Positions 54,501-64,000 of a stretch of DNA of 64,000 nucleotides are shown here, piece by piece. The stretch comes from Paraspadella gotoi (Eukaryota > Animalia > Chaetognatha). The notes beneath the pieces are model-generated. The model worked only from the letters and a program-made list of their open reading frames with translations. It searched no databases and had not been told where the DNA came from. Within the stretch, counting starts at the first letter, position 1; the number at the start of each line of letters is the position of its first letter. The stretch covers positions 15,563,103-15,627,102 of the forward strand of contig CM119268.1 of assembly GCA_051294375.1 (NCBI GenBank). Reading direction: 5' to 3'. The position numbers were made by a program, and so were the translations under genes.

Positions 54501-57500
54501 TGTCGATGGCGGCGAAGTCGAAGGCGACGACGAAGTCTCGATCGAGGGACAACTTGTTCGTCGTGAGGAGGATGTGACCGTCGCCGGAGAAGGTGGACAC
54601 TGTGTACTGGTCGGGGTTGAATCCTTGAGGAGTGGGTTCAAAGGGGGGCGAGGGGAATATTTCATTCAACGTTTTTTTTTCTACATAATTTGATTCCATT
54701 TTATTTTATTTATTAAATTCATTCAATTATAAATCATATTTTTTTATTTCATATAATTATTTATTTTTTAATTTCATATAATTACTTTTAATTTTTTGAA
54801 AATTGTTATAGTTTTATAAAAGAGGAAACCTTCTTTCGGATTGGTGCCCATGGGTCCAGCTGGTCCCTCCGTCAAATCAATGTCGACGTCATTTATTTTG
54901 ATACCCTAAGAAATACGTAATGAAATTCAGGATCGTACGCGCAATCGTTCATGCTGAAAAAATAGTCAATTTTCACTTTTTTCTTGTTACCTTCATCGCG
55001 CCCAAAAAGCGTTTGTCTTCGCTTGGATCGAGCAAAATGCCCATACTAAGAGAGATAAAGAAACAAAAGAGTTATTAGAATAAAAAGTTAAAAAACAACA
55101 ACAACCACCCAAAAACCACCATCACAACAACAAAAACATCAACATTAACAACAACAACAACAAGACTCACTCCTCCAAATCCTCCTGAGTGAAGTTGAAG
55201 CCTCCAAAGGTGAGGACGGGATTGTCGAGAAGTGAGACGATGGCGTCGGAAGGCCGCGTTAGCGTGGCCACCACGCGACCGTCGACGGAGAGTTTGAGCG
55301 ACGTTTGACTCGCGTCGCGCTGCGGAGAAAGAGAGGGCAGGGTTGTTGTCGTTATCCAAAGAATGCATAACGCGAAACGGAAAAAGATAAAAAAAGAAAA
55401 AGAATAAAAAGGGGTTTTTACCGCGAGCATCAAGTCGACCCAGTCGGCGATGTTGACGCGCTCTTCGATCTCCACCACTTCGTCGCCGGCCTGACCGTCT
55501 CGAGTCTTGTAGGCCAAGTGGAGCTTCGTGTCTTTGATGTAGAGGGCCATGTATTCGCGGGGCTGCATAGGAAAGAGTAATAGGGCGATTTGAAAAAAAA
55601 AGGAATTGGAGATATTTTTTTTGTTTTGAAATTGGTACAACCAATATAAAAGTAATATTCGAAAGATCAGAGATTTTCTAGAATATTTTAACCCAGACAT
55701 TGCCCATAACCCAGTGGATAATGTCAACGACTTAATTATCCCCGTCCAACTCACGTTGGTCTCCCTGTCGGCGATCATGAGCACCGGTGCATCGTTCCAG
55801 TACGCCCAGAACGCCATGTCCAGCTTGAGCATGTCTTTGTCCGTCGCGTCGGCGAAGACGTCGTTGCCGGTCAAGAGTTTCATCTGAGTTCCGTCGAACT
55901 GGAACGTCTTGACGAAGCGCTGCAGGGGAAGGAGGGAGAGTGAGGTGCAGTTAAAGATATTAAAAATTAAAACAATAAAATAAAAAAATATATATATCAG
56001 AAGGCAATGCGCGTAATCGCGATAATCACAAGTTTAAACATGAACCCGGCTCCTAAGAACCGAAGCCCTTTACTACGCCACTAAATTTATAAACGGGTCA
56101 AACTGGGCTACGTCATAATATCTCACCGGCCTCTTTTGCTCCCCTTCCCCGAGGTAGGCTCGTCCGAGATCCGCCCGATGATAATTCTTTTCCTTCGTGT
56201 CCAAAAACAAGACTTTGTCGCTGACGACAATGTCCTTGACGGCGCCGACGAGGAAGAGGTCACTCGCCGTCTTGTCGCCAACGGCAACGTTGTCCGAGAC
56301 GCCTCCTGATATAGAAAAATTTCAAGAAACTCAATTTTGATTGATGGATGCATTGATTGATTGAATACTTATATCGTAATTTCCTTTGGAAAATATTGTT
56401 ATCACGGTAAGCCTTGAAAACTTTTCGGTCGGCCTGTCTGTTAGTTTTATCCAACCTCAGTCTTTCTAAGTTTTTCATTATGCTGCTTTTTTGGAAAGCT
56501 CCTTATATCATTATAAAAGTTTCTTTTTCGCAAACCGCGACTAGGTTTGCAAAAAATTTAAATTTTTGATTTTGGTTCGTTAAAAAAAGAGACAACCATA
56601 TACCTATGTATAGTTTGTCGACGTTGATGTCGATCGGGTCAGAAAATTCCCCGATCTGTTTCTTTCCCGCGATGCTCTTTGTGTCCACAAAGACTTCGAA
56701 TCTAAAAGGCGGGAAAAGTCATTCGCTATAAACGAAATGTCGGAATTTGCGAAATGCTGTCGACGCTGAAGTCGCCGAAAGAGGAAAAGACATTCAACGA
56801 AAGAGGAAGGTGGGGCAAGCGAGGTCGGGAGAGTGAGGTGAGTTCGATAAAACAAGATCGAATGTGCGATCAACTGATATTTGAGAGAAAACGTAAATGG
56901 AAACGATTCGGGGGGGGGAACGTATTTGATAATCGGGTTGTGTAATTTGTAAATATATGTAAATATATTGTAAAGTTCTACATTCTCTCTAACGAGGTCA
57001 TCTCACGGAATTGCAGTGATCTATCTCGTTCGTATCGAATGATTGGGAAAAAAAAGGCATTTTTTAACGTATTAATTCGTTTTTATTACAATTATATTAC
57101 TGTTACGTTTTTTTTTTTCACTCATCCGATGATGGCTTTGAGAAGTTCTACAGCTAAAAATGAAATTCAAGACATTTAAGATTTTGTGGAGTTTCTGGAT
57201 CGCACGATACAAAAATGGTATTTCATAAATTAAAGAATTAATTACGCAGGCGTCGGGACGACGATGTCGTTTTGTTTTGATTACATGTGAAAGGACAATT
57301 TTTTATAGACAGCACAAGATGAAAACAACAATGCAAATTTGACAAAACGCCTAAGGCTGCAATAAACAAAATCACGATCGCGATGAGAAAATTTCGAAAA
57401 AATATATAAAAAATTATACAAACTCACAACAACGGATCACCAGGTTGCACATTCCTGTCCATCAAATATTAAAGAAGATGAAAATCCAACCAAAAATAAT

Positions 57501-58448
57501 TCGGATTTAGAACCAAACGCCCATAATAAAGGAAGTAGAAATAAATTACGTTAAAACTCACGGCGAAAACACAGTTGGAAAAGCCTCCTCATACTCACAG
57601 GTTGTTCGGAGTCCTGGCTAAGGTAACAACCACCCAGTTCCCAGTGTTGTACTTGGTGTCTCCAGCCTCACTAGAATCAAAGACGGTCGTTTTTCCGTTG
57701 TGACCCAATTTCGCCACCAAGTTGCCATCTTCGAGGCTAAAGGACCAGAACTCGGTATCCTTTATTAAAATAGAAAGGAAAAAAGGCCGTGAAAAAATCG
57801 AGTTAAGTAGAGAGGCTGAAACAAGCAATGAACAAACAATTGAAAACAAAAACCATATAAACAAAACAAATAAACACGAAAACAAATAAACCAATAAAGA
57901 AAAACAATTAAACAACGATTACTAACGTATTTTCCGGTGGCCAATAGCAACATGGTATCTTTTTTCTTCGTGTTGAACATGAATGAGATGGAATCTCGGG
58001 ACAAGTTGAATCGTGGGATGTCGCGTTCAACCCACCCGTCGCCGAGGAAAGAGACGGCGCGATGGTGCTGCGTGGTAAGTTAATTAGTGGTTGGTAGGAG
58101 AGAACCACAAATTTGTTAAGAGAATTAGATTACGTCCCATTTTTTCAAAAAAAATTAGAGAATTGACACTACTTAGGTTTTGAATTATTATAACATTTTG
58201 ATATTATTATTACAGCATACATGTTAAACTCTTGGCTTAAAACTTACTTCCTCCATACGGCACCCGATGTCGGCGCCGTAGTATACGAAGTTCTTCGGCA
58301 GAACGTAAGTCTCTCCGTAGGCGTTGCTCAGATCGCTGATGCATCCGAGGAGGCGGGGCAAGCCCTTGGTCTCATCGGGGAGATTGAGGTACATGGGGAA
58401 ACCTTGGGGGTGGAAGGGATGGAAAGTAAAGATAGAAAAAGGGGAGAA

Positions 58449-58514
<66 letters not shown>

Positions 58515-61500
58515 GAGACTTTAAAAAAACTTCTCACCTCCAATGAAGACGGTTCCGTTATCGACCGTCTGCAATCGGCCGCATTCCATCTCCAACTCTT
58601 CGACGAGTCTCGTCTGATGATGCACCTTCAGCTGGCACCTGGTGCTCTTGGATCGAGCCAGGTGCTCGAACGTGATTTTGAATTTCTGACGTCGGAGTGC
58701 ATAAGATGTACGCAACAGTTTTAATTTTTATTCACACTATCGGATGTGAAAGTCAATTTGGAACCGACCTCGTTGGTGTTGTATCTTTGTTTTGTGGCAG
58801 CGGAGTTCATGACGAAGTTGCCATTTTCGTCCTCGAACTGTTGACGGAGAACGACTTTGCCGTCTTCGAAGGCGATCATCGTGAAGGGCACCTGACGACG
58901 AGCGGTTTGGGGCAGAGGTGGAGTGAAAAAAGATGCAAGTTTAAAAATTTAAAAAGTTTTAAATGATTTCTTAATACTGCAGTATGCAAATGAGATTGAA
59001 GGACTTAATCTTAATTTGAATTGATATTGATATTTGATTGTCTTTCGTCTGACCTGCGACGAGTCATCGTGCAGATCCTCGTCTCCGTAGAAGAGGAGGA
59101 CGGAGTTGATCCATCTGGTGGAAACTCCGAGTTGGAAAGACTTGAACCGATCGATCTTTTTCTCTGGAGGCGAAGATGATACGTAAATGCTCATTTATCG
59201 ATATAAAAAATACGAAAACTATACGAGAAATGTTGAAATTAGGAAAAAAAAAGGATATATTTAAAAACCTAAACTAGATATTTGAAGTAAAATTTTAATA
59301 AATGCCAATTGATTTACTAACTCGGTCTCAACTTGGCGTATCCAGTTCCATCCAGTTCCATTTCTAATTCCGATACTTTCTTTCGCAGACTCTTCATTCG
59401 GAGACCCCCGTCGTCGAAACCTGAAGATGAAGTTTATTAATAGTATATTTAGTAATTGCGATTGTTTAGACTGATAGAGTTAATGTTTTTTTTCAATAAG
59501 AATAATGACTATGAATATATTTAGCAATTGCGCTTGATTGGAATATTTGTTTGTTTTTTTGTTTTGTTTTTGTTTTCATAAAAGTATAGAAATTATTTTG
59601 ATATTAATGTTTGACATTCCTATTCATTTCATCTCCCTTCCTTTCTTTCTTTCCTCTTCCAAGTCCGAATGTCCTCACCCGAATTGCCCATCCAAAACAC
59701 GGCGGGGTTGTCCATGGGGTAAGAGAGATTCTTGGAGAAGTCATAAAGGCCAACGGGTTTGTGGTTGAAGAGGAGATCGGCGACGGCCCCGTTGAATCCG
59801 TCTTTGGGTCTGATGCAATTGGGAAGCTGATGGAAGAGATAAGAAAAGATTCCATAGTTTGGGTAGTTCCTTATTATTGGTGGGTTAACCGGCCTGGCCC
59901 AATTAAATGCAATAAGGTTATAGGGCTAATACGCTAATAGGGCTCGAACCACGGAAATTTCGGTCGCAAAACAAAACAAACAAAACAAAAAAACAAACAA
60001 AACAAAACAAACAAAACAAACAAAAACAAAACAAAAATTATAAGCACTCACGTATCGCTGATAAGCGTCCGGCACGCCCCCAACGAAGAAGTGGGATTTC
60101 TTGTGAAGGTCCAGTTTGGAATAACGGAGGTCGGCCTCGTCGCTGAGACGTCGACGCGACTCGGCGACGAACTTGGGCTCCTCCAGACTCTCGGCTCTGA
60201 GGGTGGCGTGGATGCCGTCGCGGATGGCCGTAACCTTTGGGGGGGTTTGGGATCGAGGAGAGGATCGAGAGGATCGAGGAGAGGGTCGAGCGAGAGGATC
60301 GAGGAGAGAGGATCGAGGAGAGGATCGAGGAGAGGATCGAGGAGAGGGTCGAGAGGATCGAGGAGAGGGTCGGGGGATGACAATCAATGAGATCGAGGAA
60401 GAATTGATGGGTCGAGAAAATCTAGATGCATTTTCATTTTCAAACGACAATCAAGATATACTGTTAACGGAAAACGTTTAGATACATAATATAAAAATAT
60501 ATATGCATTTTTTTGCTGATTTTTATTAACTCACCTTGTACCATCTGGGAACCTCCTCCGCGGCGGAGTCGGCCTCGCGCTTCGGCGCCGCCCGCAGCGG
60601 CTTGTCGAGGGTGACGCTCTTGCATCCGGCGCCGACGTCCCAGGAGAAGCGAAGGAGACGGTTGTCGATCATGTCCACGGCGAGGAAGTCGCCTCCCTTG
60701 TGGCGAGAGGGTGAGGGTGGGGGGGGAAGAGAGAGATATGTCAGTCCCGACTTATTTTTATAACAGACAGTAAACATGATTTGTCGCTGTCCGTGGATCA
60801 ACCCATTGATTGATTGATTGATTGACCCGTTCAGATCGATTTTTATAAAATCCACAATTGCGGAAATTTGTTTCGATCTTGAAGATTGAGTGGGACGACG
60901 GTCATGTTTAGGTATATTTGGGACACAACATTGATTTTGTTTATCATAATCAATAACTACATCCTACACGATTATCGGCACAAAGTTAGTAATTTCTTTA
61001 GGATCTTGTTCACTACATTTAATTGACAAAAAATCCTTTACCTTTCGAACTTGCTGCGTTGTCAATCGAAACAAAGTAAAGGTATAATGAGATAATTTGT
61101 GAGTCAAAAGTTATATTGATACTGCTGTATTAATCGGGATTAGTCAAGGAACAATAGGGAAGTGTCATGATTCGCATTTACCCAACATTGATTGAAAATA
61201 ATTTATAAAATTTAAAAAAAAACCATCGAAACGTGGGTTTTTGCGGAATGATTTTGAAAACATAGTCTAAATTTGTATTTTGCAAAGACGCTTAAAAATT
61301 TGAAGGGAAAATATCCGTCACGTTGAAAATGTTTGAAACGCCGTGACGACAATTTCCGCTCCAAACTTTCACCATCTGACCATTCGATTGGAGATAAACA
61401 ATCATGAACAACATGTTTTTCCGATGAACAGAGAACACGAGAATAGAATAGGTACCATGTTGGAAAAAATGAGACGATGATTGAAAAACTTAAAAAAATA

Positions 61501-63660
61501 AAGAAATATTCAATACTAAAGGAAAAAAAAGGTTTAAAGGTTCTTACAAGAAACATACTCAAATTCCCCAAAAAATATAAATCATTTTTTTAAATTATTA
61601 TATTTTTTCATTCTTAAAGCTTCAAAAGTTCTCCAAAAATGTCGGCGTCTTTTTTTAAACATGGTAGAAAAGTGAAACATTTAAATCCCGCTAAAATTTC
61701 CGTGCGAGTTTGCGGGATCGAACGTAGCTCATCACCGCAGACCCAAAGAACATGGAACGAATAACCGGCTTACACATTGTTTATACCGGTGCATATTGAG
61801 CCGGGATGTTGACTTTGCTTTACCTTCGCCGCTTGTCTTTTTGTTTTGAAATTTCGCAAATGTTTTCTACGATTTTTCCTTCGCAACTTTTTCAAATGTT
61901 GGCGGCGCTTCCGTCGCGCAGAATATTCCTTTTTTTTTGGTTTATTTCATTCGTAAAACGATTTTTATTTTCGATTAAGAAAAGATAATGTAATTAATTC
62001 AATAGAGGTATAAAGACTAAGCGAAATAAACTCTCCGTGTCAATTATGAAAATAAAAACTATTAGTAATTTAGTAACTATTCAAAGACAGTTAATGACTG
62101 ATTACGATTTAGACTCAAATAAGAGAAGAGTGATGATCCTCACCTTAGGTTCGCCCATGTAAAAAATGAGCTGATCTCCGGTGGGATCGAAGACTTTGAT
62201 GTAAAACTCGATCGAGTTGGAGAGACCGGGAGAAACTCGGGGGACGAAGGAGCGATAAGATTTGGCCGAGGTGTCGAACGTCTTCGAATTGTCGATCTGG
62301 AGATGAAGGATCAATTAGATATTTATTTATTAAATTCAAGAGATCGATCGATCGATTGAACACTTTTGACTTTACGCACCAGATTGGCGACGCCGTGGGC
62401 GATCTTGAGTTGCTCCCTCAGCTTGTCGATGTTGTACTGCAGCTTGGTCTTCATGGCTTCGATTCTGAGGAAGGTCGAGTTCAAGTCGCGCAGCTTTGGT
62501 TCGATGGAATCGAGATTGTCCCTCGCGTCGTCAACTGAGGAATCAGAAAGAGATTTGAAAATATAACGGCCAGGCCAATCAGACCCATCTGACGCACCTC
62601 CTTAATGCTTAAAATAATTAGATATCTTCTAATTATTACACATACGTTCGTGAACTAATGATTGTCTTGAAAATTCGATAAATAATCTAAATTCAAATCT
62701 AAAATTCTGATCAGATTGAGCAACGCGAATCTCCATCGACATTTACGTAAACTCGAAAAGAATTACTGAAACAATACTGTCTGGAGAATAACCTTACCTT
62801 GTTTCCTGGCCTTGGAGATATCGTCCTTGGAGGCACCCTCCAACAGCTTGTCCACTTCAACGCGCATCTTCGCAGTCTCGTTCTCGTAGTAGTTGACACG
62901 GTCGGCGGCGGCTTTCGTTTTGTCGGCGGCTGCGTCGATCTCTTTGGAGCTTTTCCGGACTTTTCCGGTCAGCCCCGAGTCGTCTGGTAGATGAATTTCA
63001 TGAGTTAATGACTTACACATAATAACAAATAAGGTTTAAAATATGGAAATTAATCTCTTTTAAAATCATTGATCCAAATAATCAATAAGGTTTGTGTTGT
63101 TTGTACAAATTTTGATCAAGCAACCCATCGGACAAAAATTTATTAAAGTAGATTAAATCTCCGAGATTTCGAATTTGGGTCTTGAGAATTTCTGGGAAAT
63201 GAGTTGACACGGTTAGTTTACCGCGCGTCGAATGAGCCTCAGTGGTCATCGTCATCGTGGTGGTCATCGCCGTCGTTGCGGCGTCTTCTTCGCCGTAAGC
63301 CCACAAGAATCTCTTTATTCGCCGTGGGTCTTAGGACGAATTTTACGAAGGGTGGCATAAAATGACAGGCAGCGGAAAAAGGCGACAGTTGAACGGAAAA
63401 CAGGGAGCGCGAACGACAAGACAGTTTATAATTCTATCTAAGTGCTACTATTAAATCAAGCTCTTAATATGACCCTAAGCCAGAAGCCCGCATCTTTTTC
63501 CACTTCTCCAACTCACCCGGATCAGTTGGATCTCCGTAGACTTTTGTACATCTCGTTGATTTGATCGCTGAGCTTCTTCTCGTTCTCCTCCGCCGTCGGA
63601 AGGTCGAGCTGCTCAATCTTGTCAGTTCGTTTTGCGCGATTTGATGTGGCTCATTCACGT
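48556..63660 (-). CDS. Laminin alpha chain, C-terminal part (coiled coil + LG domains), probably alpha1/2 (wing blister/LAM-3) type; continues beyond window
   Basis: About 26 exons: coiled coil (..MKTKLQYNIDKLREQLKIAHGVANLIDNSKTF), then LG repeats ending FRGCVKDV...VDISACP*. The LG1 segment DFLAVDM..FSWDVGAG resembles alpha1/2 (from recollection). Confidence 0.9.
49861..50577 (+). mobile_element. Helentron-associated (DINE-1/HINE-like) element in laminin intron
   Basis: cactttgtcggtccgtcggtcc, a (GTCY)n tract at 49984-50010 and the terminus gatccgacattgtttgctcaaacttgttt; homologous to 19251-20356. Confidence 0.7.
58453..58512 (+). repeat. (GA)n microsatellite at laminin intron
   Basis: Directly visible. 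Confidence 0.95.
60249..60372 (+). repeat. Minisatellite of ~12-bp ggatcgaggaga units just upstream of a laminin splice acceptor
   Basis: About ten imperfect tandem units. Confidence 0.9.
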
Positions 63661-64000
63661 CTGTGAGCGAAAAGGAAGTAAAAGAGGGGTTGTGAGAATG
63701 ACATGAAAAAGTGAAACGTTGCTGTTGAAAGGTTCAAGCTCCATTCGATTGATGATTCGGATGAAGTCATTCGCTGTCATTCTTAGTCTGAAGTTGGTAC
63801 GTGTGCAGCCAATATCATTTTATCATCATTAGTCAACTTACGAACGGATAGTCGATTAGTTACTGATTGTTACGCGAAGAAAATAATTACACAAGTGACT
63901 GATGAGATTAACAAGAACATACTTCATACCAAGTTCCGAAAAGTTTGTCATTAAATGTTTTCCCCCTTTATTTTCCGCAGATTTTCAAATTGTCTCAACC

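Noticed and set aside
60048-60481. Repetitive ORFs (DPLLDP, RRGS) and a possible CRISPR-like array
   Set aside because: Intronic minisatellite with no unique spacers; eukaryotic context.

Overview
Intron-rich, AT-rich genomic DNA from an invertebrate animal, in a draft assembly with four N-gaps. I spliced seven protein-coding genes by hand. On the + strand: VEPH1/melted (5' end outside the window), a 5xCUB+LDLa LEV-10-like surface protein, SCAMP and a short senataxin/UPF1-like SF1B helicase. On the - strand: Sec61 alpha, a CRF/DH44-type class B GPCR and the 3' part of a laminin alpha chain. The most striking observation is that the laminin alpha appears to carry seven LG domains instead of the canonical five, apparently by tandem duplication of LG2-LG3. 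The 18.7-25.1 kb intergenic region is a transposon nest. It holds a Helentron/DINE-1-like element and three nested hAT-type elements with readable 8-bp TSDs. Inside the largest is a foldback whose arms each carry a degenerate minimal hammerhead ribozyme motif, as in Penelope-like elements or retrozymes. Other oddities are an excess of AAG splice acceptors, 1-nt frame mismatches in the helicase, loss of the GPCR TM6 proline and an intronic MITE with TTAGGG-like repeats. All gene models and counts are manual; no searches were run.
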